NCBI GenBank assembly: GCA_963667175.2
Contig: CAXXXF010000006.1
Span: forward strand, 32,001-96,000
Source: Candidatus Latescibacterota bacterium
GTDB taxonomy: Bacteria > Latescibacterota > UBA2968 > GCA-2709665
DNA: 64,000 nucleotides
Direction: 5' to 3'
Below, piece after piece: positions 30,234-40,241 of the stretch. Numbering within the stretch: position 1 is the first letter of the stretch; every line of letters begins with the position of its first letter. The position numbers and the translations under genes were made by a program. The notes below the pieces were generated by a model, which did not search any database, had not been told where the DNA came from, and saw only the letters and a program-made list of their open reading frames with translations.

Positions 30234-31271
30234 GAACGTGAATTCGCCGGATACGCAATCCGGCTCCGTCGAAACCACCTCGGACCATATGGATGCAGTT
30301 TGTTCGAATGACAACTTGAGCTGAGACTTGCGCAGATTCTCATTGAGCAGCCACGAACCGGTTTCACCAGTACGAGCTGCATACCACGTAAAGGCATACA
30401 GGACGTCGCGTTTGTCGTCGAGCTCCGTGATCTCCTCACCCACCGCCAGGCGGGATGGATACGATGTGATGTGCCGCTCCACAACATGGGCGGGAGCGTT
30501 CGCGTATCTTGTTTCTACGTCATCCGCCGTAAGAGAGAACAGACGAACGATGCGACTCGCAATGGCTTCTTCATGGTGTTCGCGAGCCAGCACGCAAAAG
30601 CGAGTGAAAGCCCTTCCAAAGGACCGGTCACCCTGTCCCCATCTCTCCATCAGGCATGGGATTACCAGACGCGCGAGTTCCTGTATAGATATCCCAGCCG
30701 CGATCAGACGACCTGCCTGCAGATGTGACGTTACTCGATGGGCGAGCCGGGTTGCACGTCTGACTCGCTCGATTTGGCGCGCCCGGACAACCGAAGGATC
30801 AAATCGACCATCGGAGAGCCGGACAACGAAAGCAGGAGTATCGCAATCCTCAGACGCGTGAACCGATTGACCGAGATGGCCCTTGTCAGTCGCATGGAAA
30901 ATCCTCTCATTGGCCATCAGCTCATCCAGGTTAAGCTTGCCGTTGATCAAGTCGTCTGCCTCGTCGGCTGTGAAATGAAGCCGACCCGCGTCAACAGAAG
31001 TCGGCCACGAGTCTCGGGCCCACTCCCTTGTGATGGATAACGCAAGCTCGTCCACTCGTTTTGGGAGACCGTTGTCCGCCTCCCTGGTCTTAATGTAGAT
31101 GAGGTCTACATCTGATAGGGGCCAGGCCGTTCCTCGCCCCACGCTACCCCCAACAATCACGCCCGAAACGCCAGGAACAGATGCGATCCGTTCGATGGCT
31201 TCAACGGTTCGCTCCCGAAGAATGAGTTCCCAGTTTTCCAGGTGCCCCTGGAAGAGATCCGCTCTGAACAA
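30228..31271 (-). CDS. Nucleotidyltransferase domain protein
   Basis: VIVGGSVGRGTAWPLSDVDL motif with a helical C-terminus. Confidence 0.78.
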   Translation of the reverse strand: MFRADLFQGHLENWELILRERTVEAIERIASVPGVSGVIVGGSVGRGTAWPLSDVDLIYIKTREADNGLPKRVDELALSITREWARDSWPTSVDAGRLHFTADEADDLINGKLNLDELMANERIFHATDKGHLGQSVHASEDCDTPAFVVRLSDGRFDPSVVRARQIERVRRATRLAHRVTSHLQAGRLIAAGISIQELARLVIPCLMERWGQGDRSFGRAFTRFCVLAREHHEEAIASRIVRLFSLTADDVETRYANAPAHVVERHITSYPSRLAVGEEITELDDKRDVLYAFTWYAARTGETGSWLLNENLRKSQLKLSFEQTASIWSEVVSTEPDCVSGEFTFA

Positions 31272-31285
31272 ATCGAACTCACTTT

Positions 31286-31360
31286 CGCAAACGTCCCCAC
31301 GGTGCCCGAACCGCGAAGCGGTTGCGCGGAGGGCTCAGCCGGGCACGGTCGTATTAGCCG
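31286..31360 (-). repeat. attC-like site
   Basis: gcaaacgt ... gtgcccg/cgggcac arms, aaccgcgaagcggtt hairpin, attagccg. Confidence 0.75.
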
Positions 31361-31393
31361 GGGTATGGAGCTGCGCGCAAGGCACAAGATTGC

Positions 31394-33085
31394 TCAGGCT
31401 GGGAGACGATCTACGAAAAATTGGGTCGCTCTCTCGAATACTTCGTCGCGATGCTTTGCCAACCCGTGTGTATCGTCGGGAAAAACGACCAGCGAGCAGT
31501 CTCCACCAAAATCGTTAATATGCCTTTCGACTTGCCGCATTTCGTCCGTAGTTGCTACAGAGTCAAGTCCACCATGGAAGAGTAGAGCCGGTCTCTTGAT
31601 CTTTTCGGCCTGCCACAGCACGGATCTCTCTTCCAATGCCTTCTCGCGCGCAATAGGGTTGGCCGGAAGGAATCTGTCATGGTGAAGCCGCAGGACTCGT
31701 AAACTCGTACAGGTGCAGGTCGATACCGCACCCAGGAATGGTGAGGAAGGATTCGCCAGGGCCAGAAGGCTGAGAAAGCCACCGTAGCTGTTGCCAAACA
31801 GCGCGATCCTTCTGCCCGATCCAAATTGCTGCTGCCAAAAAACCCCACAATCAACCACATCCTGAACGTCCGAAACTCCGCAAACACCTTCATTGGCTCT
31901 CGCCAGATCATCGCCAAAGCCGGTAGAGCCCCTGTAAGCGACACGCACGACCTCGAAACCCTTGCGAACAAGCCACAGCGCCCATGAGTCGTTTCTATCG
32001 AGGCTACTGCCCGGACCGCCGTGCACGTACAACACTGCGGTCTCTCGCGGGGAATGTGGAACCAGGCGTTGTGCCGGCAGTTGCCAACCATCCGAAGCAG
32101 GAACTGTGAATTCCTCCAGCTTGAAGTTCGGCCCGGACTCCGTATGCTCAGCCTCGGCTGTACACTTACCCGACTCATCCCAACGGTAGACTCTATTGTC
32201 CGTGCCCAGGAAGTAGACGATGTCGCTGTCCGCCGCGATGGCAATTTGATGCCAGGTCAGGTTCTTCGGCACACTGACGCCGGATGGAAGCTTGAGCCGG
32301 GCGTCGACATGTCCCTCGGGAAACCGCAACCAGACGAGTTCATCGGGCAGAATGCAGAGCAGCCTGTTTGTTAGCGCGGAGAATGCTCCTTCATGCACAG
32401 ATCGATTGTCCCAGGTCCACACAGAATCTCGATTCGTAAGATCTACTACCCGAACGCCCTCTCCAACCTGGTCAACCTCCTGAAGTGAAAACCGCCTTCC
32501 ATCACGAGACCACGGGTATCTACCGAATCGCTGACCATTCGCCCCGGACACGAGGGAGGACATTTTCCGTTGTTCAATATCATAAAGGTAAACTCGCTTG
32601 GGCTTATCAGGCTCCTCAAGGTTCTGGCGATGAAATGCAATCCGGTCACCGGATGGGGACCAATTCGGAAACCTGTCTACAGCATCCGGGGAGGAGGTCA
32701 ATCTCTCAAGCCTGCCATCGGCCAGTGTGAGGCGGAAGATATCCGGTGGCCGTCCATCGGGTTGCCTGTCGTAGGCAGAGAATACGAGCCCCAAACCGTC
32801 CGGCGACCACTCACTGAAGCCAGCCTGCATAGACGGGTCTTCATACACGATCCTGGTGTTGTCCTGGGATACTTCATGGACACCAATTCGACCGTCGTTA
32901 CCGGAAAACGTCAGGCGAAGACCATCTGACGCCCAGCGCGGATGATGCGGCAGGAACTCGGCTGGGATCTCCCCGATGGTTTCCCCTGAGGATTCCATGA
33001 TCTTCAACCAGGCCTCACCCGAAATCCCACGGCACTGCAAGACTATTCGACCTGAAATTGGATCGACATCGAAATCGCTTATCAA
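31394..33085 (-). CDS. S9 family peptidase with TolB/PD40-like propeller
   Basis: WSPDG repeats, VHGGP, GNSYGG, catalytic D and H; TTG start after GGAGG. Confidence 0.88.
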   Translation of the reverse strand: MISDFDVDPISGRIVLQCRGISGEAWLKIMESSGETIGEIPAEFLPHHPRWASDGLRLTFSGNDGRIGVHEVSQDNTRIVYEDPSMQAGFSEWSPDGLGLVFSAYDRQPDGRPPDIFRLTLADGRLERLTSSPDAVDRFPNWSPSGDRIAFHRQNLEEPDKPKRVYLYDIEQRKMSSLVSGANGQRFGRYPWSRDGRRFSLQEVDQVGEGVRVVDLTNRDSVWTWDNRSVHEGAFSALTNRLLCILPDELVWLRFPEGHVDARLKLPSGVSVPKNLTWHQIAIAADSDIVYFLGTDNRVYRWDESGKCTAEAEHTESGPNFKLEEFTVPASDGWQLPAQRLVPHSPRETAVLYVHGGPGSSLDRNDSWALWLVRKGFEVVRVAYRGSTGFGDDLARANEGVCGVSDVQDVVDCGVFWQQQFGSGRRIALFGNSYGGFLSLLALANPSSPFLGAVSTCTCTSLRVLRLHHDRFLPANPIAREKALEERSVLWQAEKIKRPALLFHGGLDSVATTDEMRQVERHINDFGGDCSLVVFPDDTHGLAKHRDEVFERATQFFVDRLPA

Positions 33086-33152
33086 CGAATCCTCCCTCCG
33101 ATAGAACTGAATCGCACCCCTGGACAAACCGAACGAAACAGCCTCAAATTGG

Positions 33153-33243
33153 GGCTGACGTTTCGCCGGTTTGCGAACCACAAAGGTGGTTGCCGAAGGC
33201 CAGGACGGCGATGGCGCCGCAGCGCAACACCGCGTTGTCACAC
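33153..33243 (-). repeat. attC-like site
   Basis: ggctgacgtttcgccggtttgcgaacc ... gcagcgcaacaccgcgttgtcacac; close to 52214 and 58441. Confidence 0.85.
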
Positions 33244-33277
33244 GTAGATGGTCGACGTCGATGCCTAACGGCGCCGT

Positions 33278-34045
33278 TCAATTTGGCCCCTCCTTTTGCG
33301 CTTCGATCAGGAATTTCCTTGCCGTGAACGCCAGCTCATCGCCGCTGTCCAGGCGCTGTTGCAGCCTAAACAGGTGTTCCACGTGCGTTTCAACTGAAAA
33401 CCCGGGTACCAGCCAGGGAACAGCCTTCAGGTAATAGACCACGGCGCCCACGTCGGCGAAAGCCACCTGGCCGGACCATTCTTCGGCATTGAGAATCGTC
33501 AGACCGGTCGTTCTCAATTGAGCCACAACCCCTTCAAGGGTGGATCCGGGCCATTGCGGTTTAACGCCAAACGCTGCCAGCAGGTCATATGCCCATAACC
33601 CGTGAACCTGCTGTGTCAGGAATGTACCGCCAGTCGTGAGAATACGGGCAACTTCATCAGGGTTGAATGCAGAGTGGCGATTTAGAACAAGATCAAACTC
33701 GCTATCGGGAAATGGCATCGGATCGCAATCAGTCAATCGAACATCTGCAACTTTCGCTCCCAATGGAACGAGACGTTCTGTTGCCAACTTGAGGTTAGGT
33801 GCATATTCCTCCGTTGCCACAACCTCTTCGGGCCAGAATTCCTGTAAGTCCCGGAACCGCTCACCACCACCTGTACCCAGGTCAATGACAGATGAACAAC
33901 GACGCAAGAGCTCGGCAGCCCGTAAAGAATAAGACCATGGCGTCTTCTCTTCGAACATCCTGCCATCCAGCCAGGAAAAGTCCCATCCCGAGAAAGGCTG
34001 TTCTTCTTCACGTTGCCAACTATCGACAAGCTTGCCTAGACTCAT
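33278..34045 (-). CDS. Class I SAM-dependent methyltransferase
   Basis: VIDLGTGGGE and FDLVLNRH. Confidence 0.9.
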   Translation of the reverse strand: MSLGKLVDSWQREEEQPFSGWDFSWLDGRMFEEKTPWSYSLRAAELLRRCSSVIDLGTGGGERFRDLQEFWPEEVVATEEYAPNLKLATERLVPLGAKVADVRLTDCDPMPFPDSEFDLVLNRHSAFNPDEVARILTTGGTFLTQQVHGLWAYDLLAAFGVKPQWPGSTLEGVVAQLRTTGLTILNAEEWSGQVAFADVGAVVYYLKAVPWLVPGFSVETHVEHLFRLQQRLDSGDELAFTARKFLIEAQKEGPN

Positions 34046-34102
34046 GTTGCACGCTATCTGTGAGTCGTGCCGGCCAATTGATTGACCGGGCACACGTTTT
34101 TC

Positions 34103-34184
34103 GTGTTACGTTTTCCGTGCCCTAACCGCGAAGCGTTTGCGCGAGAGAAACCCAGCTCCGCATGCGGTTAAGCACGTGTTGTAT
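34103..34184 (-). repeat. attC-like site (degenerate)
   Basis: cgtgttacgtt ... cgtgc/gcacg arms, aaccgcgaagcgttt, gttgtat. Confidence 0.65.
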
Positions 34185-34225
34185 GATGCGGTGTCCACTT
34201 CGGATGGTCGCGGTAACGTCGTGGG

Positions 34226-34750
34226 TCAACCGATCACGGAGGACGTTTGGTGTCGGTTCAGCGGCAGCATGAAGTACGCACTGCAGTCACCCTCATGCTC
34301 GTTTACAGCAGGTTGAATACCGAAACCCATGGATATGTTAAGAGCGTGATTTTCAATGTTGCTGTAACAGCTGCGCTCTCGTACCTGGTAGCAGCCAAGA
34401 TCACGTGCCCAGGAAACCGCGGTCTGCTTTAATCGCCTCCCGATGCCCCGACGCCGATATTGAGGTTTGACGAAGAAGGCGACGACCTTTGCTTCCAGTA
34501 CTGGCCTTTCGTTGCGCTCAAGGCCGGGCTTGTCTTCATCGATCCCAATCTGCTGCGTCCAAAACCTCAGGTAACCCACCACTTGATCCCGAACATGCGC
34601 AGCAATGGTGAATGGCCCAGAGTGGTACTCGCACGTCTTGGCGTTGAGTCCGGCTCCTTCGCCTCTCTCGTCAGCGAATGCAAGGAATCTCTGCCATGAG
34701 GCGTGCGTGGATTCCAGCGGCATTATTCGGACGTTTTCAGGCAGTGGCAT
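34226..34750 (-). CDS. GNAT family N-acetyltransferase
   Basis: VKPQYRRRGIG motif. Confidence 0.88.
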   Translation of the reverse strand: MPLPENVRIMPLESTHASWQRFLAFADERGEGAGLNAKTCEYHSGPFTIAAHVRDQVVGYLRFWTQQIGIDEDKPGLERNERPVLEAKVVAFFVKPQYRRRGIGRRLKQTAVSWARDLGCYQVRERSCYSNIENHALNISMGFGIQPAVNEHEGDCSAYFMLPLNRHQTSSVIG

Positions 34751-34847
34751 TTCAATCTCCCGTCTGTGAGGTGAGTATTGACTCGGCATTCCGTATTAAC
34801 CACCGCCTCGGATGCACCGGGGTAGCCACTTGGCCTGTTTCACTTTC

Positions 34848-34937
34848 ACACGACGTCTCGCCGGCTTGCGAACCCGCGTAGAGGGTTGCCGAAGGCCAAC
34901 GCGCGTCTGCGCCACGGTGCAAGCCTTGCTGTGGGCA
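34848..34937 (-). repeat. attC-like site
   Basis: acgacgtctcgccggcttgcgaaccc ... gggttgccgaaggcc ... gcaagcc ... gtgggca. Confidence 0.78.
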
Positions 34938-34979
34938 GATGTCGTATCTCGGCCGCGATTTACTATGCAGGCTGCTGTT

Positions 34980-35102
34980 CCGAAAGGAGCGTTGGCGAAC
35001 AATTGCGTCAATTTCTGGACTGACAAGGGTTGCCAACGGCTGAAGGGAATATCAGGAGTGGTCATACAGTTCGCATTCTGCGCTTAAATGATGTCCGCTG
35101 AC
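34980..35102 (-). pseudogene. 5' stub of a second copy of the 29509..30154 cassette
   Basis: MTTPDIPFSRWQPLSVQKLTQLFANAPF plus leader; homology ends at the core site cgctgac. Confidence 0.88.
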
Positions 35103-35212
35103 GTGCAAGCATTGCAGAAGCGGCACTTCCAATCAGTGAATGAGATTTTTGGCATTAAGTCAGTGTCTCACGCCGGCCCGTTTGGTAAGAAGCGACGAAG
35201 GAGCGGAGAATC

Positions 35213-37027
35213 TTATAGATCTTCATTCGGCATCTGCGGATGTTGGGCAGGAAAGAGCGCATCCAGGAGCTCTGCCGCATCTCCGGTAAACAACATGCCC
35301 AACCGTTCGGCAATTTCACCAGGTGGTTCTTTTCCAATGATGATTTGTGCAAACTCATGACCACATTCAATGGTGTTTTCTGCTTTGCCGCCGGGCTGCA
35401 CAGAGATTTCACTGTTGTCGATGGATAGCACTGCAGACTGGTCCGGGATAGAAATCTTCAATGTGCCCATGAAATCTCCGAGACCCGATTTTCGTATACG
35501 TCGAGACAGTTCAGGTGCGATCTTACTCAGCGTCGTCTCCAGGTTGATGATGCGAATCTGGTTCCCCGTCCGACCATTGTGGTTTCTGGCTGAATAAAGA
35601 TGAGGCAACTGTCGCACGCGTCGTGCCAGCGCGCTGCGCCAGGGGAGTCGGACGAATTGCACCCTGTGTCCCTGGTATTGCCGGGCAAGTTGCCCTAAAA
35701 CGCGCAGGATCTGTTCCGGATCACCGGCTGAATCCGTATGACGCAGGTCGCGCCCCTCGTGATCTTTCTCTGTATTCGGGCCATCGTAGAGATAACCCAC
35801 CGCACGTCCGGTTTTATCGTTGAAAATGTACGCTGTCCACGGATCGTCGTCTTCCGGCGGGCATTTGCCTCTTCGGTATGTTGGACGGACGGTCGTGCCG
35901 GTCAATCCGTCGTGCCATCGATTGTGAAGTTCAGCCAGGTCTCTGCGCCCGTGAATCACGTTGACATGTACTTCCTCCAGCTCTATTTCCGGCGCTGCCT
36001 CAGGCAGGTGCTCGGTGTCTATAAAATACGTCTCCTGATCCGGCCAGGCAAGCACGTAGCCGAAATTCGCAAAGCGATCGAGCGGTTCGGTACGTGTACA
36101 CGACATATCATAACCATGGGCATACATGGCGTCCAGCGCCGCCTGAATTGTTGCCGCGTAGATCCCCTCATCCCGATAGTCGGGATGCACGGTCGGCAGA
36201 TTGATGCCCCCGGTCCGGACCGTTGCGCTGCCGATGCGCATCGACAGATCGTAAATGCCCGCGTGCGTGACCACATCACCATCCATCGTTCCGATCCGCG
36301 ACGTCAGCCAGTCGTAGTGACTGTGCGCGATGCGTCCTGCGCGACACTGACGGCTGATGGCGTTCCAGCGCCTGTCCAGCAACTCATAGATATCTTCGCT
36401 ATGATCCGCTTTATCCGGCGCCAGGATTTCTCGCACACGGTCAATGAACCGCTCGTCCCGCGAAGGCCGGCTCTCATGTATATTGTCCTTCACCATATCG
36501 AATAGCCTTTCCTTGAGCCGTTTCCGCGCCGACCGCAAACGGTTCTTCACGACGGCGACTGACACACCCAGAAAAGCGGCCACTTCCCGCTGTGAATAAT
36601 CCGAAATGTAGAACAAAGACACGGCCTGGCGCTCGTTTTCGGGCAATGTGTCGATCGCTTCTCGCACAAGGCACCGCATCTCGTTTTCTTCTGTTGTCCG
36701 ATCCGGATGCCGGTCTTCCGATGCGATCTCGACAAGCTGTTCCATGGATACGATCTCGACCTTCTTTCCCCGGCGCGTCATCCGATCGCAATGTTTGAAA
36801 ACGATCTTGCGTAACAAAGCAGGAAAAGCGAAGACATCGTACACCCGCTCCAGATTCACCCACGCCTCTAAAAACGCCTCCTGCGCCGCGTCCTGTGCCA
36901 GGTGAAAATCCCTCAACAACGCGAATCCGTATCCCACGGCGAGATCCTGAAAGCCTTCGACAATTTGCTCGTAGGCCGTCAGATCTCCTTGCTTTGCGCG
37001 TTCAAATATCGGCTTCAGTGTCTCCAT
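35213..37027 (-). CDS. ECF sigma-70 factor fused to Eis-like GNAT and SCP2-like domains
   Basis: AQDAAQEAFLEAW (region 2), YSQREVAAFLGVSVAVVKNRLRSARKRLK (region 4), then TVHPDYRDEG and YAHGYDMS...FGY. Confidence 0.8.
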   Translation of the reverse strand: METLKPIFERAKQGDLTAYEQIVEGFQDLAVGYGFALLRDFHLAQDAAQEAFLEAWVNLERVYDVFAFPALLRKIVFKHCDRMTRRGKKVEIVSMEQLVEIASEDRHPDRTTEENEMRCLVREAIDTLPENERQAVSLFYISDYSQREVAAFLGVSVAVVKNRLRSARKRLKERLFDMVKDNIHESRPSRDERFIDRVREILAPDKADHSEDIYELLDRRWNAISRQCRAGRIAHSHYDWLTSRIGTMDGDVVTHAGIYDLSMRIGSATVRTGGINLPTVHPDYRDEGIYAATIQAALDAMYAHGYDMSCTRTEPLDRFANFGYVLAWPDQETYFIDTEHLPEAAPEIELEEVHVNVIHGRRDLAELHNRWHDGLTGTTVRPTYRRGKCPPEDDDPWTAYIFNDKTGRAVGYLYDGPNTEKDHEGRDLRHTDSAGDPEQILRVLGQLARQYQGHRVQFVRLPWRSALARRVRQLPHLYSARNHNGRTGNQIRIINLETTLSKIAPELSRRIRKSGLGDFMGTLKISIPDQSAVLSIDNSEISVQPGGKAENTIECGHEFAQIIIGKEPPGEIAERLGMLFTGDAAELLDALFPAQHPQMPNEDL

Positions 37028-37423
37028 CTCGCTCCTCTGACTATGAAGTCCTTCACCGATAATATCCCATTTGGATTGCATTGGGTGTACTTATCCGATG
37101 TATTTTGATCTCCTGAAAGGAACAGGAAGATTCCAAGATATTAATAAACAATGGTTTAACAAAATCCGAAAAACGAGCGCGGGACTGTGCTATTCGATGA
37201 AATTCGGCCTGCCCGAAAGGCGTTTGGGTGGGTCGTCGGAAAGGAGAGAAGGGAGGACTTTGAAAGGCTGGGTTGTCGCGGATACTTGTCTCTGCCTGCA
37301 ATATGTCGTTTTTTCCTGGGGTGGGCAATTTCGGCAGACAATCCTCAAACTGCACGGTATCTGTGATCAGTGCCGATCAGTTGGTCGACCGGGCCCTCAC
37401 TTTTCGTTTAACATTCTCCCCTG

Positions 37424-38551
37424 TCAGGCCGGGGTTCCGCGCCAGAAATCGTTGTACGCCGCCAGCGGCCCGTCCCCGTGCGACCCGGTAGCCAGATCCA
37501 GCCCCCCGAAGAGATAGACGGACTCGCCCCCCACTGCCATAACGGGGATTCGCCTGACACCGGGACGTTCGGCGCCGGCAGAGTAGTCCTTCGCACCGTT
37601 GTGTGGATACAGACAGTCCCACCGGCCGGCACGAAGATCGTACTGCCACAGATCGTTCAGCTGGGGGTGCTCCCCTTCCCCTCCTGCAAATCCTCCGAAC
37701 AGATACAGGTAATCTCCGATCACAGCGTATCCCAGCCCGTACCGAGGGGAAGGCCGTGCAACATCATCCGCCCGGTTCTCCTGAATGCAGGTCCAGGCGC
37801 CTCCGTCGGGATCGTATTCCCACAGATCGTTGTAGAACTCCGGCGCTCGACCCTGACTGTCCCGACCGCCCCACAGGTAGAGCCTGCCGTTCCAGCCGGC
37901 CAGCACGGGACAGTATCGTTTCGGCGGCCAACCGTCGCGCCCATTCGATGCAGGCCCCAGGTACTCCCATTTCCCGGCCGGCGCCCCGTAGGTCCACAGC
38001 TGTGCGTGCGTCATCGCGCCATGTCCCCCCATCAGATACAGGGAGTCGCCCAGAGCAACCGCCCCCATCCCGCCGTACCCGGCGGGGCGATGCCCCTCCG
38101 CCGCAATTCCTGATGCGCGCCCGTCGTCGGGCTCTATCAGCTCCCACGAGGCTGTCTTCGGATCGTAGGCCCAGAGATCGTTCAGCTTGATCTCCCCCTT
38201 GCCGGGGCCCCGCACTGAGGACCCGCCAAAAAGATAAAGCCTGCCGTTCACGGGCAGCCAGGTCGTGAGCTTCCGGGTACACGGTCTGGTATCGGACGGT
38301 CTGAACCCGATGCGCCCATCGTGGTCTTCCAACCGCGTCCACCGGCCTCGACCCGGGTCGTAGCGCCACAGGTCGTTCAATGAGCCCTGGACGGAAAGAT
38401 CTCCAGGCCCCTTCGGCCGGCCGTACATCACTTTTATCCCGCCGAACAGGTAGACGCATCCATTGTAGCTCAACATCCCGCCGAAGGCCGCCCGCCTGCA
38501 GGGTACATCCTCGGCTTGCTCCTGATCCGGATGCAACAGTTCCCAATTCAT
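37424..38551 (-). CDS. Kelch repeat protein
   Basis: Six YLFGG...NDLWxYD-type repeats. Confidence 0.9.
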   Translation of the reverse strand: MNWELLHPDQEQAEDVPCRRAAFGGMLSYNGCVYLFGGIKVMYGRPKGPGDLSVQGSLNDLWRYDPGRGRWTRLEDHDGRIGFRPSDTRPCTRKLTTWLPVNGRLYLFGGSSVRGPGKGEIKLNDLWAYDPKTASWELIEPDDGRASGIAAEGHRPAGYGGMGAVALGDSLYLMGGHGAMTHAQLWTYGAPAGKWEYLGPASNGRDGWPPKRYCPVLAGWNGRLYLWGGRDSQGRAPEFYNDLWEYDPDGGAWTCIQENRADDVARPSPRYGLGYAVIGDYLYLFGGFAGGEGEHPQLNDLWQYDLRAGRWDCLYPHNGAKDYSAGAERPGVRRIPVMAVGGESVYLFGGLDLATGSHGDGPLAAYNDFWRGTPA

Positions 38552-38672
38552 AGCGGACCTCCGTACGGCATGACGTGCGATCCTGCGGAGAAAGTTCGGC
38601 GAATTCCATTGGTTGCAAAAAAATTCCGATACAGTTTATTCGCCGAGGATGATTGCTGCCCCCCAAACGGCT

Positions 38673-40130
38673 TCAGGACGCATAAAGAGCAAACAGCCTG
38701 GCGCGGTCCAGGTACACTTTGACCTTGACCCCTCCCCGTGCCTGTGAGACCATCTTCTCTTCGAGCCCACCCGCTTTATCCACGACCGCGCCTGGCGGAT
38801 CGCTTTTCCATTGTACCCGGTATTCTGTTTCATTCCCTGAGAAGCGTATGCAATCTTCTTTGCCAAAACCCGGCACGACCCGGTCAAACGGATCGACGAT
38901 CTCCACTCGCAGCGACCCGCCCGTCGCATCGGCGTTGATCCACAATGCATTGGCCTCGATACTCAGCGGGACCGTGGTCACAACCCCCTGCGCCTCCGTC
39001 TTCAGACAGACCAGCCGGTCCTTTTCGATCTTTGCCAGATTGATTCCCCGCCGGGACTCTTCGCCGTAGCGCGTCCCCTCGCCGTGCAGTTCGTTTGAGC
39101 AACTGTGATAGATCCAGATCTCGTCGTCACGGACAAAGGGGGCATGAGACGGATAGACACTTCCACTGTCGTGGCTGCCGCGGGGGCCGCAGTCCAGAAT
39201 GGGTTCGCGGTTGCCCGCCCGTTGCCAGGTCCGGCCGTTCTTCGAGTAGGTCAATTGGATGTCCATCCGGTTCATCCATTCCGGCATCCAATCTTCGATC
39301 CGGTTTCGGGCGATCCACCCCTCGTGGAGCGTGTGAAACACGGACAGGAAGCCGATACGAAAGTCGCGATACGCCAGCGAACTCATGCCGTAAAACTCCT
39401 GGTCCTGCGGCGGATCGTGCTCATCGGGTGCGACGATGATCTTGCGCGGGGTCCAGTTTTCGAAATCATCACTCTCGGCCATGCAAATGATGCGCACGTT
39501 AGGCCGGCCCCGAAGATAAACGACGTAGCGGTGAATCTTCGCGTCCCAATAAGCGACCAGGTGGGTATCCGAACCCTGTGGAATGACCGGGTTGAGCCAG
39601 CGCTGGGGCACGTCCCAATGAATCCCGTCGGCAGAATACGCCACACAGACCGGCTGCACAATGCCGGCGAATATCATGTCTCCGCTCTGGAACATGAAGA
39701 GCATCTTGTAGCGCCTGGCCGGGTCGGTTTCGATAGGGTCTTTCATGACTCCTGTCCCGGCCCCCCACCGCAGAAAGGGAAAGACCAGGTTATTCTCTTT
39801 GCTGCCGGCATCCTCAACGAGGTTGAGAACGGGTTTTTCCCAGTGGATGCCGTCCCTGGACACGGCGTAGGCCAGTCCGTCCGCCGCTTCGCCGCGCGCT
39901 TCGCTCAATCTTCGGCTCACGCCGTACCACATCTTGAAGGTATCTTCGTCGTCATCGTACAGGACGTTGACGTAGCCCCCGATCAGCCACTCCTCTTCCC
40001 AGGCCCGATCCTTCTCAATCAACGGTTGTTGCGAAACTTTCTTTGCGGGTACGACCCCTCGCGCGACGCTGTCGAGACTCTCGATAAACGTATTGTCAAT
40101 GAATAGGAAGGCCGCTTTCTCGTCCGTCAT
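38673..40130 (-). CDS. Five-bladed beta-propeller glycoside hydrolase-like protein
   Basis: YAVSRDGIHWEKP, YSADGIHW, SDDFENW and SKNGRTW repeats. Confidence 0.75.
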   Translation of the reverse strand: MTDEKAAFLFIDNTFIESLDSVARGVVPAKKVSQQPLIEKDRAWEEEWLIGGYVNVLYDDDEDTFKMWYGVSRRLSEARGEAADGLAYAVSRDGIHWEKPVLNLVEDAGSKENNLVFPFLRWGAGTGVMKDPIETDPARRYKMLFMFQSGDMIFAGIVQPVCVAYSADGIHWDVPQRWLNPVIPQGSDTHLVAYWDAKIHRYVVYLRGRPNVRIICMAESDDFENWTPRKIIVAPDEHDPPQDQEFYGMSSLAYRDFRIGFLSVFHTLHEGWIARNRIEDWMPEWMNRMDIQLTYSKNGRTWQRAGNREPILDCGPRGSHDSGSVYPSHAPFVRDDEIWIYHSCSNELHGEGTRYGEESRRGINLAKIEKDRLVCLKTEAQGVVTTVPLSIEANALWINADATGGSLRVEIVDPFDRVVPGFGKEDCIRFSGNETEYRVQWKSDPPGAVVDKAGGLEEKMVSQARGGVKVKVYLDRARLFALYAS

Positions 40131-40241
40131 CGGTCTCTCCTGGTATTGGATTTCTACCCCATCTTCCACCGAACTCGCTGTAGAATGTCGAAGATCAACA
40201 GTCCGTGCCGGGTTCAGGCCGATTCCCTGCTCGTACACAAT

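Noticed and set aside
31394-33241. Extended N-termini in the ORF track (e.g. 33241, 42712, 58483, 62383)
   Set aside because: The extensions run through attC-like sites or non-coding DNA; downstream starts with RBS fit the protein families better.
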